This document shows, piece after piece, positions 30,673 through 41,771 of a stretch of DNA of 55,047 bases. The first letter of the stretch is position 1, and the number at the start of each line of letters is the position of its first letter. A program made the position numbers and the translations under genes. The notes beneath the pieces are model-generated. The model made no database searches, had not been told where the DNA came from, and saw only the letters and a program-made list of their open reading frames with translations. The stretch is from Candidatus Moanibacter sp. (GTDB taxonomy: Bacteria > Verrucomicrobiota > Verrucomicrobiia > Opitutales > UBA2987). The stretch is taken from positions 1-55,047 of the forward strand of contig CBDCEW010000049.1 in NCBI GenBank assembly GCA_965215885.1. Reading direction: 5' to 3'.

Positions 30673-32591
30673 AGACCCCATTCGAAAAGCCTTTCGAGCG
30701 GGCGGTTTAAGGTTCTCCGCCACGGGCGGACCAGCCTATGGCTGGCAGGTTTCGGGTTTTAGGCTGCCGGCGCTGCCGATGAGCAGGTATTGAGCGGCCA
30801 TCGGCGTGGCTTGCTGCACAATACGTATATTTGCCGCTGTCTGGAGGCATACTCATCCCGTGGTGCTTTTTTCTCTGAGCTTCAAAGCGGTCAGATTCAG
30901 GCTGCCTGTTCCAGTTCCTCCCCTCGGCGTTTCTTCATCAGTATGATGCGGCAGAAGTTGTAGGCCAGAACCTTCTCGAGCAGTTCATCGCCTACCGCAT
31001 CGATGCCGCGGCGGCCGAGTTCGCCAAAGGCAAATCCATCTTTAATCGTGAACATCAGCGACTCCACTGCGGAGCGATCGCGGCGTGCCTCGCGATACGC
31101 CTCGCTCTCCCAGTCCTCGGGGGTGGTCAACTTCTTGCCCTTCGCCCCACTGATACTGATCTGCTTTACCCCCATGCTCAGCACCTCCTTGCGTCCCTTC
31201 GCCGAAGCATATCCGTCATCGGTGCTGACCAGTTCAGCAATGACACCGGTGCGCTTGATCGAATCGCCGATGGCCGGCGCCAGCTCAATGGAGTCTGCCG
31301 CGTTGCCTTGCGGTACGATCAGGCTGGTGACAAAACCGTTTTCGCTGCGAACCAGTTGTGGCTTGTACCCGATCACTGGATTGCGGCTGCCCTTCTTGAT
31401 GTAGGCCGCCGATCCGTCCGAGAGGCTCAGGACCTTCTGTGTGGACGGTAGCTTCTTTTCGTGAAACACCCGATCATGAGCATACTCAACAACCCGCTTG
31501 GCGTCGGCAATATCGCCCCTGATCTGGCTCAATGCCCGCTCCAGAAGCTCCCGGCGAGTGGGAGGCAGTGAATCCATCGACAGGCCCTCTTCAAGATGGC
31601 TCAGTTCCCCCGTTAGTGAGTCGGCCGCCTTGCGGCCCCGCTTGAGCAACCGCCGGTAGTGTTTCTTCAGCTTGCCCTTCGACTTCGGTTTGCCCGCGGC
31701 CAGACAAATCTGAAACTCCAGCTTGTCCATTTCCTCCAGCCAACGCCCAACCCATCCCTTGCGAAAATCCTCCAGCCCGAAGACATGCAACTTCTGACCC
31801 AAACGATTGGCCCGCATCAAAAGACCGCTCAGAATCTTCCCATCGGTGGGCCAGCAGCTGTTTGCTTTCACCGAGGTGCTGTCGATCGTCAGCTTCCCGA
31901 AATCGTCCCATTGCTCCTGGAGGATAAACCCAATCTGTTTATCAAAGATCAACTCGCGGGTCGTATGGCTGACCAGGTTCACGTTCTCCAGAATCGTCGT
32001 CACCGCCGGCATTCTCAGTCCCCCGCTCTGCAAAAATCCGTACAAGCTCATCGACTCGCGCACAAACCGCCGTGCCGGTTTCGTGGTCAACGAACCCAGA
32101 AACCCTCGAATCATCACGAACACGTATACCGCATAAGCCGGCATCCGCGGCCGGCCTGCCCCAAGATTCAATTCAGCAGCCAGAATATTCTCCTCCTCGA
32201 TGTCCAGCTCCGGCAGCTCCGCTGTGCGCCCTTCAAAGAACCTGCGATCTTCCAATCGAAGTTTCTTCTTCTCACGCGCATGGGCGTCCAGATCCTTCTC
32301 GATCGCCTCGATGATTTGCGCCGCGAACCCGGCCAATTCTTCAACTTCATCCAGAAAATCACGGAAATCCGTGTCTGGAACCGGCAGAATGAGGTTGCTA
32401 AGGGGCGTCTTATCGCTTTTGTTCTCCTCTGTCGCACATGTTGGCATGTTTAACTCCTTTCTTAATCTTAGGTTGTTAAACACTAGCATGTTGCGACACT
32501 TTTTATCAAGCCAAAAAATGATTTTTCTCAAGTTTTTCTTGCGCCTTTTGCGCCTCTTTGCGGCCAATCAGTAGCTTTTCGGATAAGGTCT
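30673..32591 (-). mobile_element. IS5/ISNCY-like IS, copy 1 (1919 bp; transposase 30897-32447)
   Basis: IDSTSVKAN..PTD, GYK, STDDGYAS, RSAVESLM; IR agaccccattcgaaaagc / agaccttatccgaaaagc; 3-bp DR ACT. Confidence 0.9.
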
Positions 32592-32716
32592 ACTACTGGC
32601 AAGCGTAGTCGAAACACGTAGTAGAATACCGACTTACAAGGCTTGACGCGTATTCACTGTAGAGATTGAAGTAATCAGCAGGAGTTAGAATTCGAACCGG
32701 AAAGGAAGACACAGAT

Positions 32717-33607
32717 ATGGATTTCGATAAACCGCCGGCGGAAGCAGAAAAGCTCACCGTCTACCAGAATCTCGGGCAGGTCTTTGTTCGCTGGAATAAC
32801 CTGCCATTGACTGTTTATCGCTCCCAGCCGGGGGTAAAGTATCCTTACTTTTCTCCGCTCAATGGACCCGCCTCGGGCCTCTCGGTGACGAGTGAATCAG
32901 GCTATACTTACCCGCACCATCGCGGGCTCTTCCTGGGTTGCGAGCCTCTCAATGGAGGGGACTACTGGAGAGACGGTCCGCTCGAAGAGGGGCAGGTTAT
33001 GACGACAGGTCTTGAGACGGAACAGCTCGATGAGACCTCCGTCGTCATTACGACATCGTGCACTTGGGTGCGGCCCGAAGGGCACAATCCATTCACAGAT
33101 GAACGCCAATTTACGATCAGGGTGGCGAATGACGATCTCTGGTCGATCGACTGCGAATTCACGCTGCACGCGCAGGAAGACATTGAGATTGAGAGTGCCA
33201 AACACTCCTTCTTTGCCATCCGCACCGAGTCCGACCTGTCGCCGCTCTACGGTGGCATCCTGGAGAATTCAGAAGGAGGGCGTTTCGCCGAAGGGACACA
33301 AGGCGTTGAGGCGAAGTGGTGCGGCTACTACGGAAAACGGGAGATGCGTCCGGATGTGACCGAAGGCATCTGCGTTATGGCGCATCCCGCTAACGCATTC
33401 CGACCGGTCTACTTTACCCGTGATTATGGGCACCTTTCGCCATCCCCGTTCAATTTTCTCGAGGAGCCCTGGACGATGGCGAAGGGGGAGAGCCTGAGGC
33501 TACGTTATCTGGTCGTCGTCCATGCCGGTGATCCGAGGGAAGCGGGTTTGGATGCTGTATATGACCGGTGGGCACGAGAGTCTCGAGGCATGGAGGCAAC
33601 TGGATGA
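32717..33607 (+). CDS. DUF6807 family protein (second paralogue)
   Basis: KYPYFSPL, YPHHRGLF, WCGYYG, HPAN..FTRDYG. Confidence 0.75.
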   Translation: MDFDKPPAEAEKLTVYQNLGQVFVRWNNLPLTVYRSQPGVKYPYFSPLNGPASGLSVTSESGYTYPHHRGLFLGCEPLNGGDYWRDGPLEEGQVMTTGLETEQLDETSVVITTSCTWVRPEGHNPFTDERQFTIRVANDDLWSIDCEFTLHAQEDIEIESAKHSFFAIRTESDLSPLYGGILENSEGGRFAEGTQGVEAKWCGYYGKREMRPDVTEGICVMAHPANAFRPVYFTRDYGHLSPSPFNFLEEPWTMAKGESLRLRYLVVVHAGDPREAGLDAVYDRWARESRGMEATG

Positions 33608-33700
33608 ATATCGGATACGGTTGGTCGATTTTTTACAGGGAGGTCGGGAAGATGGGATTGGGATGTTAATTTGGATCGATTGGTCAATCTGAATGAAGAC

Positions 33701-33729
33701 TCCCCGTCCCGACTTGCTGGGGACGGGGT
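33701..33729. terminator. GC-rich hairpin, possible terminator
   Basis: ccccgtccc-gacttgctg-gggacgggg; no clear U-tract. Confidence 0.4.
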
Positions 33730-33825
33730 ATTACCAAGTTAAATTCTCGGTACCGGCTGTCCTGTTTTATACTTTCCGTTCTCCCCGCTCTTCCTGTAAA
33801 AATCAAAGTCACAAAGATATTCCAC

Positions 33826-34860
33826 ATGCCTATACGAATGATTCATATCGGAGTTGGCGGGCGAGGTAAATGGCCCGTTAAGAGCATCGCCCAGCGTGAC
33901 GACTATGAGTCTGTCGCACTGGTCGACGTAAACGAAGAAAACCTTGCCGAAGCCCGTGAAGAGAGTGGTCTTGGGGAGGATGCCGGCTTTACGAGCATCC
34001 GTGCCGCTCTTGAGAACGTTGAGGCCGATGCCGCGGTCATCGTCACTCCACCGGATCTGCATGCTGCGCAGTGCCAGGAAGTTATTCAAGCCGGCAAGCA
34101 CCTGCTGGTTGAAAAACCCTTTACCAAGGACTTGAAACAGGCGCAACAGATCATGGCCGCGGCTGATGAGCGCCGACTCAAGGTCGCTGTCTGCCAGAAC
34201 AAGCAGTTCATCCAGACCCGGTTTACGATTCATCGCCTGGTGAAGGAAGGAACCTTAGGCAAACCGTCGTTCGGACTCATGACCCAATTCGGTTGGCGTC
34301 CTCGCACCCATCATTCGGGACACGATCAGCACGCCTACCTGTGGGAGCGCAGCATCCACGATCTTGATGCGATCGCGTTCATGATGGGGTCAACGCCGAC
34401 GCGGGTCTGGGCACATGATTTCAATCCGACCTGGAGCCCTTACAAAGGAGGAAGCGGCCTCCACGGATTCATCGAGTTCGAAAACGGTGTCACCTTTGGC
34501 TTACTCTGCACTTTCGCTGCTCACACAGGGGGATCGAGCCTGCGCGTCGAGTTCGAGGGCGGCTCGGTCTCAGAAGTCGATGGAGAGCTCGAGCTTACGC
34601 GCTCGGGATCAAATGAAGCGGAATCACTCGAACTGGTGGAAATCGGAAATTCCGAGGCCATCCTTCTCGACGGATTCGCCGACTTCATCAACAACGGCAC
34701 CGAGCCATCCTTCAGCGGCCGAAACAACTTGATCACCGTTGCCATGGTCGAAGCGATGGGAGTGTCTTCCTTGAAAGGCGAGGTTATTGATTTCCCTGCG
34801 TATTTGTCGGGGAGCTCGTCGGAATCTTTCGGATGCGGAAAGCAAGCAACGATTCAATGA
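33826..34860 (+). CDS. Gfo/Idh/MocA oxidoreductase
   Basis: HIGVGGRG, TPPDLH, GKHLLVEKP, IHDLD. Confidence 0.92.
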   Translation: MPIRMIHIGVGGRGKWPVKSIAQRDDYESVALVDVNEENLAEAREESGLGEDAGFTSIRAALENVEADAAVIVTPPDLHAAQCQEVIQAGKHLLVEKPFTKDLKQAQQIMAAADERRLKVAVCQNKQFIQTRFTIHRLVKEGTLGKPSFGLMTQFGWRPRTHHSGHDQHAYLWERSIHDLDAIAFMMGSTPTRVWAHDFNPTWSPYKGGSGLHGFIEFENGVTFGLLCTFAAHTGGSSLRVEFEGGSVSEVDGELELTRSGSNEAESLELVEIGNSEAILLDGFADFINNGTEPSFSGRNNLITVAMVEAMGVSSLKGEVIDFPAYLSGSSSESFGCGKQATIQ

Positions 34861-34967
34861 AGAGCAACGAATAGGAATGTGTCGGTGGTGGAATCCCCCG
34901 CGAGCGACGATTGCACTGAAATAGCCGGTTAATACCGCGAATTCAGAAAATCAAGACCGACAGCTTC

Positions 34968-35348
34968 CTACTCTAACTGCAGAAAGACATTCTCCCCTTC
35001 CTGGGTAACGGGGAAGGTCTGCACGCGGAGAGTCTGGTCGCATAGGGCGATGCCTGATTCGATTTCAAATTCCCACTGGTGCCATGGGCACTTGAGAATT
35101 TCGTCCTCTCGTTCAAATTCGCACTCGTATACAGCATGGGACACGATAAGCGGGCGAATCCGACCCATGCAGATGGGGCCCCCCTTATGCGGACATTTGT
35201 TCCGGAGGGCGTAGAAGTTGCCCTTGATATTGAAAATTCCTATTTCCCGGCCGTTGGCATTGACGATCTTTCGATGTCCCGGAGGAAGGTCGGCTGCCTT
35301 TCCGACCAGAAAACGGCTTTTACCATTTTCCTGAAGGTCAGAGACCAT
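34968..35348 (-). CDS. Rieske [2Fe-2S] ferredoxin
   Basis: CPHKGGP..CPWHQWEF. Confidence 0.92.
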   Translation of the reverse strand: MVSDLQENGKSRFLVGKAADLPPGHRKIVNANGREIGIFNIKGNFYALRNKCPHKGGPICMGRIRPLIVSHAVYECEFEREDEILKCPWHQWEFEIESGIALCDQTLRVQTFPVTQEGENVFLQLE

Positions 35349-36474
35349 ATAGTTCCCTCGCATTTCCAGCCATCACACGACGCCGAAACGGGTCGGAAAA
35401 ACCGGCTAGAAATGTGCTGGGTTCGTCCCAGTCCCAATGAGGGTAGTCGCTCGCGAATACGAGGACTTCCTCCGCATGTAGCCAATCCAGAAACGTTTCA
35501 AGATCCGCGTTTGTGGGCACATCGGGCATCGGTTGGGAACCAAAGCGGATGTGTTGGCGAAGATACTCGCTGGGTAGCTTTTTAATCCATGGGGTGTAAT
35601 CCCGCAGCGCTTTCCAATCGCTGTCCATATGCCACATCAGTCCGGGCACCCAGAACATGCCCTGTTCGATGAAAAGAAACTGTAAACCTGGAAATTTCTC
35701 AAATACCCCTTCGCAGATGAGGCTGACCACGTGAGCCATAGCAATCTGGGGGCGAGCCATTCGCATCTCCAGATAATAGGTCGGGTATCCGGCGGCCGTT
35801 GGAGGAGCAGCGGTTCCCGCCCCCTCGGCGCCAAAATGAACACAGACAGGCAAGCGATGCCGTTCACAAGCCCTGTAGATGGGATGATACAAACGGTTAC
35901 CGTAGGGATGGCCTGCCCCTGCTGGAATCGTAACCTGCGCAAACTCGCGACTGGGACCCAGCCGATCAATCTCGGCGACGGCCTGCTCAGGGTCGGTCGG
36001 GGCGACGTGGATCGAGGCGCGAAAGCGAGAGTCGGTCGCCACCCAATGCTCCAGGGTCCATTCGTTATAGGCCCGGCAAAAAGCCGACGCGTAGTCAGGA
36101 TCTGGATGGACCGCCGCGGAATAGGGTCCGCGTCCACCCGATAGGATCGCAATGTCGACACCGTAGACGTCCAGATGCTTGGTGCTGCAGACTTCCGGCA
36201 GTGTAGCGGGGTTTTCCTCGGAGGAGTCATCCCACAGATCCGTTCGAGCGCCGTTTCCGGGCATATTAGTATGACCCAGGATAGGCATCATGGGGCCAAA
36301 GTCCTTAATATGCTCAACATAACGGCGTGGAAGGTAGGGGTAAAGTGCGCTAACCTCCGCGAACGATTGATGGACATCGCAATCGATCAACTGGATCGAG
36401 GCCTCGGATCCGTTCCCTGATGGCGCCTCCGATTTAACAGTCTCTTCCGATTCCAGTGATATGGGCGTTGTCAT
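35338..36474 (-). CDS. Amidohydrolase_2-fold metalloprotein
   Basis: IDCDVH, VHFG, EGVFEKFP..IEQG, FASDYPHWD. Confidence 0.88.
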   Translation of the reverse strand: MTTPISLESEETVKSEAPSGNGSEASIQLIDCDVHQSFAEVSALYPYLPRRYVEHIKDFGPMMPILGHTNMPGNGARTDLWDDSSEENPATLPEVCSTKHLDVYGVDIAILSGGRGPYSAAVHPDPDYASAFCRAYNEWTLEHWVATDSRFRASIHVAPTDPEQAVAEIDRLGPSREFAQVTIPAGAGHPYGNRLYHPIYRACERHRLPVCVHFGAEGAGTAAPPTAAGYPTYYLEMRMARPQIAMAHVVSLICEGVFEKFPGLQFLFIEQGMFWVPGLMWHMDSDWKALRDYTPWIKKLPSEYLRQHIRFGSQPMPDVPTNADLETFLDWLHAEEVLVFASDYPHWDWDEPSTFLAGFSDPFRRRVMAGNARELYGL

Positions 36475-37039
36475 AAGGTTCTTCCAGAGTTTGCGATTAT
36501 CGTTTGATTCGGGCGGATTCCAAGCCGGCCGGTAGCCGTAATTCCTGCCGTTGAGGCGTCTAAGAGGCAGAGGATTGGCTGATTTTGGCTTTTGCCCGTG
36601 ATTTCGAGTCTGTCTGCTCAAGTGTTGGTGTCAAAAGCAATCGTTCTCGTACTCGTGATCGTCCTCGTGCTCGAGTATATTCTCCAAGCCGACTGAAATC
36701 TCCGAAGAGCATCGCTCTGTGCTGACAAAAAGTCAGTGCTTTTCATTCAGGTTGCTTGAACTTTAACCTGGTAATTCCCCTTGATCTTTATCACCTCGAA
36801 GTACAGTTTAGCAATCGAGGAGGGAATTCTAGTAAAGTAGGTAAGTCTGATATGACGAGTCGAGGGCACGAAATGATGTGGGCTGAGTTGGTCCTTATTA
36901 CGATGTGATTTACCAATGGAAGGACTATCGATCGCGGCGCATTACCTCATTCATCCAAGCTCGATGTGGCGTGTGGGACTGAAATCTCCGAAGGTTTCAA
37001 GGCAACAGGTATCGAAGACAGCGATGCTCCACGGTATTT

Positions 37040-38704
37040 TGATTCTCGGAGCTGATGGCCAGTTAAAGACGAAATCATCACAGAGTGCGGGAGTGGATTC
37101 AGCGCCCATGGAAGTGCTGAGAACCAGTTTCATGCAGCAAGAATTCTGGCTGCGTTATGATTACGGATCATACAACTTCATCGAAGAAGCGATCCTGGGG
37201 TGATTTTTATCGATCGACCAATGGTTGCGAATTTTCGAGAGGAACTGTTGAGGGCTCAAATCGGCAATCAGACTGCTTACGGGAGCGTTCAGAGGAAGGT
37301 TCAGCTTTGTTTGGATAATGGAAGGTGCGTTGCACACAGGCGAACTGGCGGGCATGGGGCAGGCCGGCAGAGGGAGCGCTTAGAGAATGGGTTGCTATTT
37401 GACGTATTTCGAGTCGCCCATGGTCATTGTCCACGGTTTGGTGGAGAAAAAGGGGGTGGAGCTGAAGAGATTCTGAGCGTATTGATGCATGTTGGGCTGA
37501 TTGTCTTTAATTTGAATAACATAGTCAGCACTGAGTTCTTCGACGACGATGTGGGCAGTTTCTTTTTGATTATGCATGGCGTCGAAGGTGAAGGTGGAGC
37601 CGTCCAAAATGGGCATCTTTCGCAAGAGAGTCTGGGCGGCGGTGATCGCGTTGGATTTATCGGCGGTAGCGATGGGCTAAGGTTTGAGCGCTTTGGTGAT
37701 CGACTGCGGCCACCAGGTGCAGAGCCTTTGATTCTTCGGTGTTTGTGCCTTTGAGGGTCTTGCCGTCGACGGCAATATCGCGGGGCAAACAGCCGTCTTG
37801 TAAGCAGATGAATTCGGTGAGGGAATTTATCGAAAGCTCGGCCTTTACGTTTTGCAAGACCCGATAGAAGACATCATAGCAAGGGGCCTTATATCCAGGA
37901 GCGTAAGGCGCGCAATTGGGCTTGATTGAGATGATGGGCCAGGCGCACGATGCCCTTGAGGGTCTGTTTGCCGCACATGCCGAGCACAATCATGCTCAGG
38001 ACCGTGGCGAGCCGATATCTAAGGCCCGCTTTACGACGGAAGTCTTCTATCTGATTGAAGCGTTCCCACAGGCTGCTCATCTGTTCCACTTTGAGGCAGA
38101 CCGCATGGGAGTTATCGGTTTCATTGAGCGCCTGGCTCTGTGCCGCGGGCAATGGCCCTGAAGCGCGCAAAAGCTCAAGGGCATTAGCCTTGAGGGGTTT
38201 GACCCAGATCTGCTTGGGACGCTCATGGCGTTGATAGAAATCTTCGCGTTGGCGGCCATATCCCGCGCTCAAGCCCAAGGGCGTCCACCCGCTCGCTTCG
38301 TAGCAAGTGCCCCGGTGAATCTGTGGGTCCACGAACGTTTCCGCTACTAAGGGACGATAGCCAAAAGCCTCCTGCCAGTGATCGGCTAAGACTCTCAGGC
38401 ACATACCCAACGTCTTGGAGGCCAAATTTGCAAGATCCACCCCGGGCAAAATCAGAAAACGCCGGTTCTGTACTACCAGTTTCAATCGTGCATGCCGTTG
38501 CGCCCCGTCCCTCCCGATCCATTCGTCTCGATCCGTCAGCCGGTAGGTGCGGCCCCCCACAAGAGCAGGCCCATCCATTGCCCGTCGATCTGCGCCACAT
38601 AGCGCATCTGTGTAAATAATGATGTTGTTTCGGAATCGCTCCTGCTCTTCAGAGGCGAAGGATTCAGTTGGTAAGATTTTTTGTCTTTCATCCCATCTTA
38701 ACAT
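37040..38704 (-). mobile_element. Decayed ISAs1-family transposase with N-terminal DUF4338 domain
   Basis: QNRRFLILP..NLASK..ETFVDP..GTCY (DUF4338); DFRRKAGLRY, AVDGKTLKG, FDAMHNQK, DYVIQIKDNQP, HGRLEIR, IRNHWSI (ISAs1); many frameshifts. Confidence 0.85.
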
Positions 38705-38754
38705 GACTGATTCCCTCGATCTTCTTGCTTATCAGCTAGTTGCTTCCTGGTCAA

Positions 38755-39258
38755 CAGATGCTCAGGGAAGCACGGAAGAAGTGCCCGGGCGTAGCATTGC
38801 GCCAGGACGACATGATGTCCTTCCAGATCAACCGCTGCTTCGATGCCATAATCTGTCTCTTCAGCTCGATCGCCTACGTCAGAACGGATCGCAACCTGAA
38901 GAAGACGATCAAGCATTTTGGCGAACAGCTCAATCCGGGTGGTGTCCTTATCATCGAGCCCTTCCTCACGAGAGAGACATTCTTCACTGGCGAGATCCAT
39001 GGCGGGACGATGAGCGGCGACGGTATCAAAATCTCCCGGCTGAATGTGAGCCGCCGTCGCGGCAACATCGCCATCCTTGACTTTCATTTCCTGGTGGCCA
39101 CGAAATCCGGGGTTCGGCATCTACGCGACCTGCACGAGCTTGGTCTCTTCGATGTGAAGCGATTCTTAGAGCACCTCCGGGGTGGCGGATTGCGAGCCCG
39201 GTTCCTGAAAAATGGGTTTATGAAAGACCGGGGGCTGTACCTTGCCGTGAAGCGATGA
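38755..39258 (+). pseudogene. Class I SAM methyltransferase, 5'-truncated
   Basis: QMLREARKK..DDM..FDAIICLFSSIAY..LNPGGVLIIEP; the GxG motif region is missing at the IS junction. Confidence 0.75.
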
Positions 39259-39284
39259 GGTCGCGTTTCCTTTGTATGTGAAAC

Positions 39285-39575
39285 ATGAGCGCATGGAATC
39301 CCGATTTGTACCTGAAGTTTGAGAGGGAACGCACCCAGCCTGCCATCGATCTGGTCGCGCGGATCGATGTCTCCTCTCCGCAAAGGATTATCGATATTGG
39401 ATGCGGTCCGGGAAATAGCACCAGGATCCTGAAGGATAGATTTCCAAACAGTCATGATGCACGAGCGGCGTTTGTCACTGAGTTGACTGACCTGATCCAG
39501 GATGCGTATCCGAAACAGGCAGATGGCAAGGTGATCTTTCCATTCAGGAGGATCTTTTTCATAGCATCTGTTTAG
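39285..39575 (+). pseudogene. tam: Trans-aconitate 2-methyltransferase with large in-frame internal deletion
   Basis: [30 protein letters not shown] joined directly to C-terminal [21 protein letters not shown]. Confidence 0.8.
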
Positions 39576-39626
39576 CCAGGTGAGATAACCGAATTAGACA
39601 GTTGGAGAAGATTCCGGTCAGAAACA

Positions 39627-39938
39627 CCCACGTTCTTGCGAACGCGGCTACACATATGGAACACATTCAGTGCAGCGTAGCCGCGTTCGCAAGAACGTGG
39701 GCGCCAGTTCCGAATCGACGAAAGTATTAATTTTGTCTCTGAGGAGTTTTTGGAGTATGGCATCCCCTTTCCATTTTCGATTCGTGCTTGAGATTCTCTT
39801 AGTGGATATGACCGTGATAGACACTCTGATTCTGCTGAAGAAGTCCTTGTTTCGTAATCCTCGACCACGTTCTTGCGAACGCGGCTACAAATATCATCGA
39901 CTTACGAGATCTTGTAGGCGCGTTCGCAAGAACGTGGG
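39627..39938. repeat. Four GTAG-type REP sequences in alternating orientation
   Basis: gtagccgcgttcgcaagaacgtggg at 39627-39651(-), 39677-39701(+), 39865-39888(-), 39914-39938(+). Confidence 0.88.
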
Positions 39939-40038
39939 GATTTTTCAACGGAATCATACTCTGCGCTCAGATCTCGAAGCACACATTGTCCCTTTGCCCC
40001 GGCCTGCCGGGATCTTTGCGTGAGAATATTCATGCGAT

Positions 40039-41022
40039 ATGTGCAGTGATCGACAGAACTCCGAATTTCCCAAGCACGGCGACGAAAATCGCCGGATATG
40101 GGACACGAATGCCGAATGGTGGGACGACCGGATCGGCGATGGCAACGACTTCCAGACGGTTCTTATCGAGCCTGCCACGGAGAGGCTTCTTTCCGTTTCG
40201 GCGGGTGACGTGATTCTCGACATCGCCTGCGGGGCCGGCCGTTTCACACGGCGGATGGCTGAGCTTGGGGCGACGGTTGTCGCATTCGATTACAGCGCAA
40301 AGTTTATCGAGCGTGCTCGGAAGCGCACTCCCAAGGATGTATCGATCGAGTACAAGGTGATCGATGCGGCCAACGTTGGGAAGCTTCTTGGGCTGGGCGC
40401 GCGCTGGTTCGACAAGGCGGTCTGCACCATGGCGCTCATGGACATGCCTGAAATCAATCCTGTTCTTTCGGCACTGACGCGTATGCTGAAACCCAACGGA
40501 CTGTTTGTATTCTCGCTCACGCACCCCTGCTTCCACTCCGCCAAAATGCAGCGCTTCTGTGAAGCATACGAGGAAGAAGCCGGACGGCATATTATCCGTA
40601 GCGGAATCAAGATGTCGTCCTACCTGACACCCATGGCCAGGAAGACGGAAGGGATCATCGGACAGCCCGTGCCACAGTACTACTTCCACCGGCCGCTTCA
40701 TCTACTTTTTGAGTCCTGTTTCGCAGCCGGGTTTGTCATGGACGGGATCGAGGAACCGGCGTTCCCAAAGCCGGAAAAGCAGCGGGCTGGAGTGCGGTGG
40801 AACGATATGCCGGATATCCCGCCGGTCCTGTCCGGCCGGAGAAAATCGTGGAAGGTACATGATCACTATAGACAAGGAGACGGCCGGGCAAGAAACGACG
40901 AAACAAACGAAGGTGAAAAAAAGTGGTCCGGCCGGACCATTATTTTTCACCATATCAAGAACGAATTTTGTAGGCATTCGCTGGAGCTAGATTCGAGAAG
41001 CTTAGTTCCTCGAAATTGTTGA
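40039..41022 (+). CDS. Class I SAM methyltransferase (C-terminus probably read-through after ~40830)
   Basis: WDTNAEWWD, ILDIACGAG, MALMDM, LKPNG..FSLTHPCF, FHRPL. Confidence 0.85.
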   Translation: MCSDRQNSEFPKHGDENRRIWDTNAEWWDDRIGDGNDFQTVLIEPATERLLSVSAGDVILDIACGAGRFTRRMAELGATVVAFDYSAKFIERARKRTPKDVSIEYKVIDAANVGKLLGLGARWFDKAVCTMALMDMPEINPVLSALTRMLKPNGLFVFSLTHPCFHSAKMQRFCEAYEEEAGRHIIRSGIKMSSYLTPMARKTEGIIGQPVPQYYFHRPLHLLFESCFAAGFVMDGIEEPAFPKPEKQRAGVRWNDMPDIPPVLSGRRKSWKVHDHYRQGDGRARNDETNEGEKKWSGRTIIFHHIKNEFCRHSLELDSRSLVPRNC

Positions 41023-41213
41023 GTTTGACCACCTGCTATTTTCTGTAGAGTGTTGAATTGATGATTCTCCACTATTCCCCGGTCGCCGCTTGACCGAGAG
41101 GATAAAATAGAACGGCTACGAGAATACAGGGAGCGGGAGATGAAAGTAGTTTGTATGCGCGGGGATGGCGGCGGGTGACAAGGCTTGACTTCGCGTTCCA
41201 CCAGAGAATCGGG

Positions 41214-41771
41214 ATGGTAACCGTCAACAACTACAAGGACGATAAATACTACCCGAAAGTCGTACGTGCTTTTGATGCAATTCTGTCGCGAGGCGAACTT
41301 GTGGCGCCAATTGACGTTTTTATTGAGATAGGAAATTTGAAGAAGGAAAGACTGGAAGATTGGCGTTTTGGACGCATTCCTTTCCTTGAACGGGTAATCG
41401 AAGGAAATCTATCAAAGTGTAATCGCATTTTGCGCATCATTGGCTTTCACGCCCATGACCTCGATATGGTTCCAACAGAAACTGTTTACAAGAAATGGGG
41501 CAAAGGGAGAAAAGTCAGATTGCGTTTTTCTCGCAGCGGTAGCCCGCAAATAGAACGGGCCTACTCGAGATGTTTTCGGTGGAATCGGAAGCTCTCATTT
41601 CAAGAGTGGAAGAAGGCGATAGGGCCGCTTGATCGCTCGCGAGCGTGCTTCCTACCCACACAGCAAGCCGGCATCAATCGGTCACAAAGTTCAATAGATA
41701 CTCCACACTCAACTTCATCGATACCAGCGCCGAAGCGGTCTGTATCCGGACGAGGTCGTGGATGGGGATAA
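41214..41771 (+). CDS. Conserved-looking hypothetical protein
   Basis: VAPIDVFIEIGNL..LEDWRFGRIPFLERVIEGNLSK..LRFSRSG; tail overlaps the convergent gene. Confidence 0.6.
   Translation: MVTVNNYKDDKYYPKVVRAFDAILSRGELVAPIDVFIEIGNLKKERLEDWRFGRIPFLERVIEGNLSKCNRILRIIGFHAHDLDMVPTETVYKKWGKGRKVRLRFSRSGSPQIERAYSRCFRWNRKLSFQEWKKAIGPLDRSRACFLPTQQAGINRSQSSIDTPHSTSSIPAPKRSVSGRGRGWG

Noticed and set aside
31003..32574. Antisense ORFs within the IS copies and other long genes
   Set aside because: Shadow ORFs expected at high GC, opposite well-supported genes.
28203..33607. Particulate methane monooxygenase
   Set aside because: The Pfam name 'PmoA' for DUF6807 is misleading; these proteins are soluble and there is no pmoCAB operon.
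37889..38704. Druantia defence system (DUF4338/DruA)
   Set aside because: The domain is fused to an ISAs1 transposase and no DruE helicase is nearby.
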